From: an uncultured virus (IMG/VR IMGVR_UViG_3300034418_011988)
Taxonomy: Duplodnaviria; Heunggongvirae; Uroviricota; Caudoviricetes
Reading direction: 5' to 3' (one strand)
Length of the DNA: 20,000 nt
IMG/VR virus record: IMGVR_UViG_3300034418_011988
Of the stretch, positions 7,702 through 15,460 are shown piece after piece (within the stretch, counting starts at the first letter, position 1; the number at the start of each line of letters is the position of its first letter). The notes beneath the pieces were generated by a model, which was not told the origin of the DNA, searched no databases, and was given only the letters and a program-made list of their open reading frames with translations. Position numbers and translations under genes: made by a program.

Positions 7702-9590
7702 TAGCGGCGCCCATCCTGCCTGATGTCAATGCGAGGGCTGCCCAAACGCCACTTCACCCCCAGGGCATCAGACTGCAAGCGCAGAGCAAAGCTCCGCCCT
7801 CGAAGGCGCACATGCACCTGATCGGTGAACTGCTCCACCGGCACCGTGGCCGAGCGCGTGACCGTTGAATCGTCCGTGGTCGTGTAAGCAGCGCCAGGGA
7901 AATTGCGCGTCTTGAGCACAAAGTCCGCAGCCGGAGACGCTGCATTAGAACCCTCAAAAGTGATGTCAGGGATCAAGCGGCGGATGAAGGCAAAGGTTTC
8001 ACCGTCCCCAATATCAATCTGGCTCGACTCAATGTAAGCACTAATGGCCGTCGCAGGGCTGGTGCTCCCGTCGTCATTGCCCAGCTCATGCTGGTATAAG
8101 CGCCCATCCGAGCTGGCCGCAATGGGATTTGAAACAATGCCACGATCAAGCCACGCCGTGCGGGCCATGGTGCCGTAGGTCCAGACGTTTTCCTGATAGT
8201 TAAAGGTAACGTAGCGGTCGATGTTGTCCGAGCTGCCAGAAGGGTAGAACCACGTGATTTCGTTGAAAGACGAATTCAGCGCTGCCATGACTTTTTCGGC
8301 CTGAGCATCGTTGAAGTCGTTGAAAACGTAAGACTTTACTGAGCACGGAAGTTTTTGCACTTGACCGGTGTAGACGTAAAACTCCTCCAGCCCCATCCAG
8401 TAAACGGCGTCGTCCACCGCTTTCGCGGCGTTCGGACCCATGATGGTCGTGTTCTCAGAAATCTGGTTAATGCCAAAGGTAAAGGGCGGGCCCAGGTACT
8501 GCATGGCATGAAGACTGACGTCCGTAAACACCAGCACCTGCTGGCGCGTCTCCACCGCACACACAATCTCCGAGCCAGAACCAATGCGCAAATCACCCGC
8601 CGTGTTCGTCGCCGTCGCTGCCCAGGTCGTCGGGCTCTCCTGATCAGAGAAACGAATCAACAGAGGGTCTTGCACCCCAATGTTGTCCTGAGGATCGCAG
8701 CCAAAGACCAAAATATGCCGGTCGTTGTCGGAAACCAAAACCTGCTTGGCAATGGTCGGCGTCGTCGCATCCGCCCCGGCCAAGGCCGAAAGGGCTACCC
8801 CGCGAGCAAAGGGCGCGCTGCTCGTAGACTTGTCCCAGTAGTAAATCCCGCCGTCCCGGGCATTGAAGATCAAATCTTCGCCAAAGTTGTCGGAAGACCA
8901 AAGGCGAAGCGTAGCGCCGGCAACCAAGAGAGAAGTGCCCGAGCCCCACGTGCCACGGCCCCAGGTTCCCGCACCCCAGCCGGTGCCCACCACCGTAGTG
9001 TCCAGACCCACGTTGATCTGGTAAGCGCCCACAACAGAGGCCCCGCCGTTGCCCGTATCACTGGCGTTTGCCGTGACCGTGGCCCCCGAGGTGTCCTTTG
9101 CCGTGATCGTGTAAGTGTTGGCGGTCAGGATTTCAACGATCTGGTATTCCTGATTCAGAACATCCGCCGTGATTAACCCGCCAAGGCTCACGGCGCCAGA
9201 AAACGTCACAAAGTCGTTCTCAAGAGCGCCGTGGTTGGAGTCGGTGACCGTAAGGATCGAGCTGCCGTCCGTGGCCGCAAAGGTGACATCCCCCGCCGCG
9301 GTGGTTTCACGGATCGGGGTGATGTCGTTATAGGCCCCGCCTTCCTCAATGTAGAATTTGAGGTGCGTACCTAAGCCGATGTATTGGTTGCCGTCGAGCG
9401 CTACAAAAGCGTGTAGGTTCCGGCAAGACCCCAGAAAAGTGTTGGTGGACGTTGCGATCCATCCACCAATCTTCTCCGGCACTCCAAAACGGAACCGGAC
9501 CATATCGCAATCGAACCATCCACCCTCGTTTGAATACGAGGTGGTTTCGCGATTAACGCCGGGCCTGTATTGGAGTTTTTGCAAGGGCAT
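7701..9590 (-). CDS. Tail nozzle / DNA-stabilisation protein (tail tubular protein B or P22 gp10-like), 629 aa
   Basis: N-terminus MPLQKLQYRPGVNRE...GGWFDCDMVRFRFGVPEKIGGW, beta-rich body with IRFSDQE and GDLRIGSGSEIV, C-terminal RLRGRSFALR...WRLGSPRIDIRQDGRR. Sits between fibre and ejection genes. Confidence 0.75.
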   Translation of the reverse strand: MPLQKLQYRPGVNRETTSYSNEGGWFDCDMVRFRFGVPEKIGGWIATSTNTFLGSCRNLHAFVALDGNQYIGLGTHLKFYIEEGGAYNDITPIRETTAAGDVTFAATDGSSILTVTDSNHGALENDFVTFSGAVSLGGLITADVLNQEYQIVEILTANTYTITAKDTSGATVTANASDTGNGGASVVGAYQINVGLDTTVVGTGWGAGTWGRGTWGSGTSLLVAGATLRLWSSDNFGEDLIFNARDGGIYYWDKSTSSAPFARGVALSALAGADATTPTIAKQVLVSDNDRHILVFGCDPQDNIGVQDPLLIRFSDQESPTTWAATATNTAGDLRIGSGSEIVCAVETRQQVLVFTDVSLHAMQYLGPPFTFGINQISENTTIMGPNAAKAVDDAVYWMGLEEFYVYTGQVQKLPCSVKSYVFNDFNDAQAEKVMAALNSSFNEITWFYPSGSSDNIDRYVTFNYQENVWTYGTMARTAWLDRGIVSNPIAASSDGRLYQHELGNDDGSTSPATAISAYIESSQIDIGDGETFAFIRRLIPDITFEGSNAASPAADFVLKTRNFPGAAYTTTDDSTVTRSATVPVEQFTDQVHVRLRGRSFALRLQSDALGVKWRLGSPRIDIRQDGRR

Positions 9591-9827
9591 TTACATAACC
9601 TGCGCCTGGGGTTCCGGTTCCGCCTCAGCCGGCGTTTCCACCGACTGAATCAACATGTTGGTAAACACGTTCTGCGCAGCCGTCACCTGATCCAGTTGAA
9701 AGCGGATGCCCTCCGCCTTCGTTTGCAGGTCACGAATCTGATTGATCAGATACTTCTGCTGATCACTAAGGCTCTCAGCATTGTACTCCTGACCGTTGAT
9801 CGTAACTACATTGCTTTGCTCGGTCAT
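9591..9827 (-). CDS. Small coiled-coil protein, 78 aa (MTEQSNVVTINGQEY...)
   Basis: Start moved to ATG 9827, which has GGGAG 5 nt upstream and lies just after the stop of the preceding gene. Its stop abuts the nozzle ATG. Confidence 0.75.
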   Translation of the reverse strand: MTEQSNVVTINGQEYNAESLSDQQKYLINQIRDLQTKAEGIRFQLDQVTAAQNVFTNMLIQSVETPAEAEPEPQAQVM

Positions 9828-9840
9828 AAAGGCTCCCGTT

Positions 9841-10038
9841 TTATTCCGTATCGTCAGCGTTTTTGTTCTTGCCAAAATTCCCGGCGATGGTGTTCAGCAC
9901 CCGCAGGGCGAGGCTGACGTACTTGTCGTCGGTCTTGGTGGGGGTCAAGGCCGTGATGGCGGTCGCGGCGGTGACCAGGGCCGTGATGGCGTTAAGCCAC
10001 CCGGGCAGCGCGTCGAAGATGGCGAAGAAGGTATCCAT
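9841..10038 (-). CDS. Small membrane protein, possibly holin-like, 65 aa
   Basis: ATG at 10038 overlaps the upstream TAA. Hydrophobic helix [25 protein letters not shown] turn, second helix and charged C-terminus. Confidence 0.6.
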   Translation of the reverse strand: MDTFFAIFDALPGWLNAITALVTAATAITALTPTKTDDKYVSLALRVLNTIAGNFGKNKNADDTE

Positions 10039-10346
10039 TACCACGGCACTCCATCAGCGGTCGTGGGGTTCTTCTGCGCGTCGATGTTGGCTTGTAGCGC
10101 CGCCTCGGTTGCGTCCTTGTCCACGCCGTCAGCCCACACCCAGCCAAGCACGGTCGCTTCCGTAAGGCTGTCGTAGGGCACAAAGTCCGGGCTAGAGGCG
10201 TCGTAGGTGAAGCCACAGGTGCCGTAGCTGGACGCGGAGAAGGTATCTTCCCCAACGGTCTCAGAGGCCGTGCAGCGCCAGTGGGCCACGATAACGCCCC
10301 CGTCGGAAAGCTCGCGCTCAAGGGTCGAGATGGTCCAGTTAAACAT
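10038..10346 (-). CDS. Tail-fibre-associated small protein, 102 aa
   Basis: WTISTLER...HWRC...[16 protein letters not shown]...GVPW pattern, recognised from genes downstream of phage fibres. 8-nt overlap with the upstream gene. Confidence 0.7.
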   Translation of the reverse strand: MFNWTISTLERELSDGGVIVAHWRCTASETVGEDTFSASSYGTCGFTYDASSPDFVPYDSLTEATVLGWVWADGVDKDATEAALQANIDAQKNPTTADGVPW

Positions 10347-10590
10347 TCTGTGCCTCCATGTGCGCCGCGTAGGCGTCGATTACGTCTTGGGTGTGAACTG
10401 CAGCACACACTGCTTGCACCTTCGCATCCTCGGCGCTGTAGTCGTCACCGGGGGCCACAACGTGGCGATGGAAAGACCGGCTGATCTCCTCGCCGTCGCG
10501 CTTAATCACGGTGGCCGTGCGAACTTGAACGTGGCTGAAGTCGCCCACGATCTCCACCTTGTCTGCAAAACTTTCTTCGGTTAATGCCAT
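10339..10590 (-). CDS. Tail-fibre-associated small protein (possible chaperone), 83 aa
   Basis: Strong RBS AAGGAG 7 nt upstream. DKVEIV...VQVRTATVIKRDGEEISRSFHRHVV pattern, directly after a fibre with a DDYEEGTWTP domain. Confidence 0.75.
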   Translation of the reverse strand: MALTEESFADKVEIVGDFSHVQVRTATVIKRDGEEISRSFHRHVVAPGDDYSAEDAKVQAVCAAVHTQDVIDAYAAHMEAQNV

Positions 10591-10632
10591 TGTGTTTCTC
10601 CTTGGTCCGCCTCAATCGTCCGAGTGAGGTAA

Positions 10633-12996
10633 TTAGCCCACATGATAAGTAAAGCTTAAAAAAATATCTGCGTTACCAGAAGTCGCCGCACTAACTGTAA
10701 TTTTAGCTCCAGATTTTGCTTCGTCTTGCTCTAAAAATTGCAGAGCCGTACTTCCATTATTTAATTCCGCACAAATCCCCTTCGTGGTGGTTATCAAATT
10801 AGTTGCGATGGGGATATATACCTCCGAATTTGTTGTCACAGGTGGCGCAAAAGGAAGTCCCGTAATTCGTAAACCAGCCCCTGCCGTCAGTCCTGTTGTG
10901 TCAAGATTAAGCAAAGCAGCACGAATATGTACTACTTGTCCTATTTTTGTATAAATAGCGCTTATAGCAGTAAGGCTTCCTGTATTTGTACCGTCATCAA
11001 CTCCCGGCGTCCAAGTCCCCTCCTCGTAATCGTCCAGCAGATTCGCCGCACCCGTGCCGCCGAGGTAGACGCCGCCGGAGAGGTAGAGGTTGCGCCAGCG
11101 CGCAGTGGAAAGCCCCAAATCTTTTGTGCCGTTAGCGAAAACGCCCGTGCCAGTAACAGGGACTATGCTATCCGTGTTGGTGCCGCCAATTCCTGTCCCG
11201 CCTGATCGGGGGTCTAGGTCTATATAGGAGACAAGGCCAGAGACAGACCCAATCGACCCCACCGTGGTGCCGTCTTTATTAAACTCAAGGATGCTCCCAT
11301 CATTGGTAGTGCGGTTGAGGCGCATGACCCGATCACTGTCAGTAGTAACCTCAACCGCCTTGCCTGCTTCGTAGACAAAACCTTCGGTGTTGAAGGTTGT
11401 TACCGATTTCCCCACCAGCAGGTTGCCGCTGGCGTCGATGCGCACGGCTTCTAAACCATCAACGCTCATGGTTAAGTGCGACGCAGAAAGAACATTACCG
11501 CTATCAACGCCAATATCTAAGCCATTAGCCGCTGTCCACCCAATACGAGAATAAAGACCGCTTACCTCCGCAACTCTAGATAGAACAACTTCAGAATTTG
11601 TACCACTACCCTCTACGGCTAACTTACCTAAAGGACTCGTAGTCCCAATCCCGACGTTGTTTCCATTGCCAGCGTAAAGAATTGAAGTTCCGGCGTAGTC
11701 TGTAACATTCAGCGCATAACGTGATGCTGCTCCGCCACCTTGAATAAAAACCCCATACCCAGTCGCGTTGGTGTTGTAAAACTCACAAGCAGTTTGGTTT
11801 GCGGCGTTGTAAGTGAATGAAGAAGTACCACCTTGCACATTAAGGCGATAACCACCCGGCGAAGCCGTCCCGATCCCCAGCGACTCCGCACTCGCATCCC
11901 AGAAGAACTTCGCGGTCGTGCCGGTGTCCTCGTAGAAGGAGATGTCGCCGTTGTTGAGTATCCGAATTCGTTCGATTGCCGCTGTATCTGGCGCAGAAGA
12001 CGGACTAGCATATAAACGAATCTCACCGCCAGACGTATAATAATACCCAGCAAGTGTACCTGTTGAGTCATGCTTTGGAGTTGTTCCGTCTACATAAAAA
12101 TTATAACCACCACCAAAAGCGCCGCTAGTGTCTCTATCTGCAATCCTGTTGTAGGTACTTCCTAAACCAAAATAGTCATCAGTGGTAATTATTCCTGCAT
12201 TAGTAATACCATCAGCCGTGACGGTGCCGGTTACGTCGATGCCGGTGGCGGTGGTTTGAAACTTCTGCGCATCATCGTAATAAACACGCACCGCACCATT
12301 AAGGTCGGCAGTTAAATAGTTTTCACCACCAGATGCGGACTGTAGGCGCAAGTTGGTAGCTTGAATTTTTAGCTCACCCGTCCCTGTTTCATTAATAATG
12401 CTGTGAGTGCCTGAGTGATAAATCTCTAGGTCCGACCCAGCACCGAAGATGGCCTTGGAGCTGTCCGCAAAGGTGATGTCGTCGCCCGTGCCAACCGCGA
12501 TGTCCGTGCCGCCGGTTGCATTACCAGCCGCCAGCACCTCGGCCAGCGTATCGGTCACGCCGGGATCGACCAGAGCCATCGCATCAACCACCGCAGCGCC
12601 AGCTCCGGCGCCATCGAGGTAAACAACGGCGGTCTTGCCTGCGGCGATGGTGACGTTACCGCCGCTGCCCTGAGAAATCTCAATGGACTGAGAGCCGGTG
12701 GTGGCGTTCTCGATGAACATCACCCGGGAAACCGTGTTCGGGCCGATGGTCAGGGTGCGGGTCGCGGTCAGGGTGGCCGAGGAGGTCACCTTGAAGTACA
12801 TGGCCCGGGCCGGGTCCGTGGCCCCGTCAGCGACCGTGGTCGTGGCGTCGGCGTCGGTCGCGAAGCAGTCCTGCGTGCCGTAGCCCAGGGCCTCGCCGAT
12901 GAGCTCCAGGTTTGTGTTCGTGGTAACGCCCCAGGTTCCGGAGCCTTCGCCGGTCGCGAGCTCGGTCAGGCGGAGATCATTAACGTAAGTGGCCAT
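10633..12996 (-). CDS. Tail fibre / receptor-binding protein, 787 aa
   Basis: N-terminal anchor TGEGSGTWGVTTNTNL, fibre repeats LGIGTASP, NVGIGTTSP and RIDASGNLLVG, and a C-terminal domain starting LLDDYEEGTWTP. GAGG RBS upstream. Confidence 0.9.
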   Translation of the reverse strand: MATYVNDLRLTELATGEGSGTWGVTTNTNLELIGEALGYGTQDCFATDADATTTVADGATDPARAMYFKVTSSATLTATRTLTIGPNTVSRVMFIENATTGSQSIEISQGSGGNVTIAAGKTAVVYLDGAGAGAAVVDAMALVDPGVTDTLAEVLAAGNATGGTDIAVGTGDDITFADSSKAIFGAGSDLEIYHSGTHSIINETGTGELKIQATNLRLQSASGGENYLTADLNGAVRVYYDDAQKFQTTATGIDVTGTVTADGITNAGIITTDDYFGLGSTYNRIADRDTSGAFGGGYNFYVDGTTPKHDSTGTLAGYYYTSGGEIRLYASPSSAPDTAAIERIRILNNGDISFYEDTGTTAKFFWDASAESLGIGTASPGGYRLNVQGGTSSFTYNAANQTACEFYNTNATGYGVFIQGGGAASRYALNVTDYAGTSILYAGNGNNVGIGTTSPLGKLAVEGSGTNSEVVLSRVAEVSGLYSRIGWTAANGLDIGVDSGNVLSASHLTMSVDGLEAVRIDASGNLLVGKSVTTFNTEGFVYEAGKAVEVTTDSDRVMRLNRTTNDGSILEFNKDGTTVGSIGSVSGLVSYIDLDPRSGGTGIGGTNTDSIVPVTGTGVFANGTKDLGLSTARWRNLYLSGGVYLGGTGAANLLDDYEEGTWTPGVDDGTNTGSLTAISAIYTKIGQVVHIRAALLNLDTTGLTAGAGLRITGLPFAPPVTTNSEVYIPIATNLITTTKGICAELNNGSTALQFLEQDEAKSGAKITVSAATSGNADIFLSFTYHVG

Positions 12997-13013
12997 GCTG
13001 TACCCTCACTCAA

Positions 13014-13997
13014 TCAGGCGGCGTCGCGCCCGGCTGCAATATCTTCATAGTTTGGCGCCTGGCTGGAGTCTATGTCTCCATAGCCTGGCACTTGTGTCGT
13101 GCTAACCGCCGAGAAACCTGGGACCTGCGCCGTGCTTATCGGCGAGTAGCCCGGGGTCTGGCTCGTATCCACCCCTGCATAATCCGGATCCTGTCCGGTG
13201 TCAATTTCACCATAAACAAGCGCCCGCCCCAAGACGCTTGTGATGGTAACGCCGTCGAGCTCCACCACGGCCCCGGCATCCACCGCAGGGTCGCCAAGGG
13301 CGCTGGTCATTCCTTGGCCGTCTACCGAGACCTGTATGCCAAAAGAAATGAAGACCGTGCCCAGGGCGCTGGTCGTTGCTTGCCCCGTGGGCACCACATT
13401 CGCCTTGGCGATAATGTCGATCGAGCCGACGGCGCCGCTGAACTGAACCCCTGCGAGCTCCACCACAGCCCCGGCGTTGACCTCCAGGGCGCCCAGGCCA
13501 GCGGTGGCAGCCTGCCCGGTGGGGAATACGTTGCCGATGCCCGTGACAGTAGGCGTACCAAGGGCGCTGGCGATCGATTGCGAATCGGGGCTTACGTTTG
13601 CATTAGCGACCACCGACACGGTGCCCAGGTCGCTGGCGGCCCCCAGGCCCGTCACCGCGACGTTCGCCGCGGCGTCTATAACAGGGGACCCTGCGGCGAA
13701 GGTTGCCTGCTGGCCGACGGGGGAAACGTTCGCCAGGGCCGTAACGCTAGGGGTGCCGACCGCGGTGGTGATCAGTTGTGAGCCTGGGCTCACATTTGCG
13801 CTGGCGGCAACCGAAACGGTTCCGACGGCGCTGGTGGCCTGCTGGCCAGTGGGGACGACGTTTGCGCTGGCAACGACCTCGACAGAGCCGACGGAGGTCG
13901 TAACTTGGAGGCCGGTGACGTCGACATTGACGTACAGGGGCGTGCCCCAGGCGCCTAAGCCCCAGCTACCCCTGCCCCAGCCCTCCTGGATCGCCAC
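13014..13997 (-). CDS. Repeat-rich virion protein (fibre/appendage-like), 327 aa
   Basis: GTG start 1 nt after the upstream stop. WGRGSWGLGAWG N-terminus, about 11 copies of a 22-aa beta repeat (SANVVPTGQQATSAVGTVSVAA-like) and five C-terminal 11-aa repeats. Confidence 0.8.
   Translation of the reverse strand: MAIQEGWGRGSWGLGAWGTPLYVNVDVTGLQVTTSVGSVEVVASANVVPTGQQATSAVGTVSVAASANVSPGSQLITTAVGTPSVTALANVSPVGQQATFAAGSPVIDAAANVAVTGLGAASDLGTVSVVANANVSPDSQSIASALGTPTVTGIGNVFPTGQAATAGLGALEVNAGAVVELAGVQFSGAVGSIDIIAKANVVPTGQATTSALGTVFISFGIQVSVDGQGMTSALGDPAVDAGAVVELDGVTITSVLGRALVYGEIDTGQDPDYAGVDTSQTPGYSPISTAQVPGFSAVSTTQVPGYGDIDSSQAPNYEDIAAGRDAA
13038..13202 (-). repeat. Five tandem 33-bp (11-aa) repeats
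   Basis: DTGQDPDYAGV / DTSQTPGYSPI / STAQVPGFSAV / STTQVPGYGDI / DSSQAPNYEDI. Confidence 0.9.
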
Positions 13998-13998
13998 G

Positions 13999-14142
13999 TT
14001 ACTCGCTGAGGTCCGCGGCGGCGGAGGTCAGGTGGGCCAGGACCTCGGTCAGGATCTGACGCACGGGCGTGGTCATGTAGTCCTGGGCGAGCATGCCCTC
14101 GACCTTTTCGATGCAGAACTGGATCTCTTCCAAGGCGCTCAT
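13999..14142 (-). CDS. Small helical hypothetical protein, 47 aa (not in ORF track)
   Basis: GGAGG 6 nt before ATG 14142. MSALEEIQFCIEKVEGMLAQDYMTTPVRQILTEVLAHLTSAAADLSE*. High GC at third codon positions and fills the gap between its neighbours. Confidence 0.75.
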   Translation of the reverse strand: MSALEEIQFCIEKVEGMLAQDYMTTPVRQILTEVLAHLTSAAADLSE

Positions 14143-14149
14143 GGCGGGC

Positions 14150-14174
14150 CTCCGGGGGCGTCAACCCCCCGGAG
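14150..14174. promoter_or_regulatory. 9-bp perfect inverted repeat overlapping the RBS of the 47-aa gene
   Basis: CTCCGGGGG-cgtcaac-CCCCCGGAG. The minus-strand GGAG lies in the stem. Confidence 0.55.
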
Positions 14175-14185
14175 TATAGATCATA

Positions 14186-14980
14186 TCAGGCGTGCTCGTA
14201 ATGCAGCCCCTGCTCCTTGCGCTCAAGGATCCGGCGCACCTTGTGGCGGCTCATGTCCCGGGCGTTCGCGTGGAGCGAGCTCACCTGCTTGGCGATCTTC
14301 TGGTGACCAAGGCCCCGGTCAGCCAGGCGGTGGATCGTGCGGATCACCCGCTGCTCGTCCTCCACGGGCACCAGGCGCGTGCGGCTGTTGTTCCCGTGGC
14401 GCTCCCGCACCTTCTGGAAGCCGTAGGGCACGCTCCCGCCGATGCTGAAGCCGCGGTTGGCCCAGTCGACCTTACCGTCCGCGAAGCGGTCCTTGATGAT
14501 CCCGTGCTCAAGCTCCGCCACGGCCGAGAGCACCATGAGCATGATCTGGTTGGTCATCTGGTTCATGTCGAACTTCGACCGCAGGCCCTTCCCGCTGGTC
14601 TCCCGCGGGTAGACGATCGGCACGTCCCCGAACTGCTCGCAGAAGAACAGGGTCACGTTGCTCTCCTGGAGGTGGGGGATCATCTGCAGGAGGTCGTGGG
14701 TCGAGCGCGACAGACGATCGAGGCGGGTGCAGACAATGACGTCCCATTCTTCGATAGCGTCCGTCAATGAACGGGAGCCATCCCGATCGAGGATATCTAT
14801 CTTCCCCGAGACGCCCTCGTCGAAGTAGAAGCCGTCGACCTCGCGGTTATACTTCTCCCGCACGAACTCCTCGATGTGGCGCTTCTGGAGCTCGATGCTC
14901 ACCCCGTGCCGCGCCTGCTCGACGGTCGAAACCCGGCAGTAGCCATAGATCTTGTTGATGCGCTTAGCCGGCTCAATCAT
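14186..14980 (-). CDS. Serine recombinase (resolvase catalytic domain plus short recombinase-type DNA-binding domain), 264 aa
   Basis: YGYCRVST (catalytic Ser), DEGVSG, RLDRLSRS, AVAELE helix, then GGSVPYGF...LVPVEDEQRVI...IAKQV...VRRIL. No Zn-ribbon or coiled-coil tail. Confidence 0.92.
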   Translation of the reverse strand: MIEPAKRINKIYGYCRVSTVEQARHGVSIELQKRHIEEFVREKYNREVDGFYFDEGVSGKIDILDRDGSRSLTDAIEEWDVIVCTRLDRLSRSTHDLLQMIPHLQESNVTLFFCEQFGDVPIVYPRETSGKGLRSKFDMNQMTNQIMLMVLSAVAELEHGIIKDRFADGKVDWANRGFSIGGSVPYGFQKVRERHGNNSRTRLVPVEDEQRVIRTIHRLADRGLGHQKIAKQVSSLHANARDMSRHKVRRILERKEQGLHYEHA

Positions 14981-15210
14981 TTCACACCCCCGCGGTATCC
15001 ATAGTCAGCGAGCTCACCGTGGAGCCGCTCCCAGTTAATGTTCAGCGGCGTAAAGCCGTCGCCCCGGTCGGCGAAGAGGGTCATGCCGTCCTTCTTGATC
15101 TCAACGGCGCGGTAGTTCTTGGGCGCACCGTCGAAGACGATATCAAGCCCATGCAGGCGGCAGGTGCGGCGCACCCGGTTGTAGTATTGTTTCTTCCTAG
15201 CGACGCTCAT
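14977..15210 (-). CDS. Hypothetical protein with basic N-terminus, 77 aa, translationally coupled to the recombinase
   Basis: AGGAGG RBS 5 nt upstream; ATGA overlap with the recombinase start. Confidence 0.8.
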   Translation of the reverse strand: MSVARKKQYYNRVRRTCRLHGLDIVFDGAPKNYRAVEIKKDGMTLFADRGDGFTPLNINWERLHGELADYGYRGGVK

Positions 15211-15225
15211 AGGGACCTCCTCTCA

Positions 15226-15239
15226 ATGCGCAAGCGCAT
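15226..15239. promoter_or_regulatory. Palindrome ATGCGC-AA-GCGCAT, candidate operator or recombination site
   Basis: Perfect 6-bp arms around a 2-bp core, overlapping the -10 end and predicted transcription start of the leftward promoter. Confidence 0.45.
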
Positions 15240-15266
15240 GGTAACTGGTCCCGTGTCGATGTGCAA
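15238..15266 (-). promoter_or_regulatory. Putative sigma70-type promoter for the 77-aa/recombinase operon
   Basis: Minus strand TTGCAC (15266-15261), 17-nt spacer, TACCAT (15243-15238). Confidence 0.55.
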
Positions 15267-15286
15267 GTGTGCATAGAGGGGGTTTT

Positions 15287-15460
15287 ATGAGGAAGGAAGA
15301 CGTGAAGATCACGGTCAAGTTCGACGAGGAAGACCTGGAGTCGATCATGGAAGGCCTGCACGCCATGGCCGACGAGGTTCAATACCTGCGAGAGGTGCTA
15401 GAGCGCCTCCGGGAGGAAGCCTCCCGGGTGGTAACCGCCAGCGAGGGCGAGGTTCACTGA
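15287..15460 (+). CDS. Small acidic coiled-coil protein, 57 aa; the only convincing plus-strand gene
   Basis: GAGGGGG RBS before ATG 15287. MRKEDVKITVKFDEEDLESIMEGL...EGEVH. High GC3, and a 7-nt convergent overlap with the large gene. Confidence 0.7.
   Translation: MRKEDVKITVKFDEEDLESIMEGLHAMADEVQYLREVLERLREEASRVVTASEGEVH

Noticed and set aside
9828..9875. Longer 94-aa start for the 9591 gene
   Set aside because: It overlaps the upstream gene, while ATG 9827 has a good RBS.
10633..11100. Diversity-generating retroelement target at the fibre C-terminus
   Set aside because: No reverse transcriptase and no template/variable repeat pair visible in the window.
10633..14980. Classical invertible tail-fibre switch (Gin/Cin type) driven by the recombinase
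   Set aside because: I saw no inverted, opposite-strand alternative fibre tip and no flanking inverted crossover sites by eye. The enzyme also lacks the short Hin/Gin-type C-terminus. A computed repeat search would be needed to exclude it fully.
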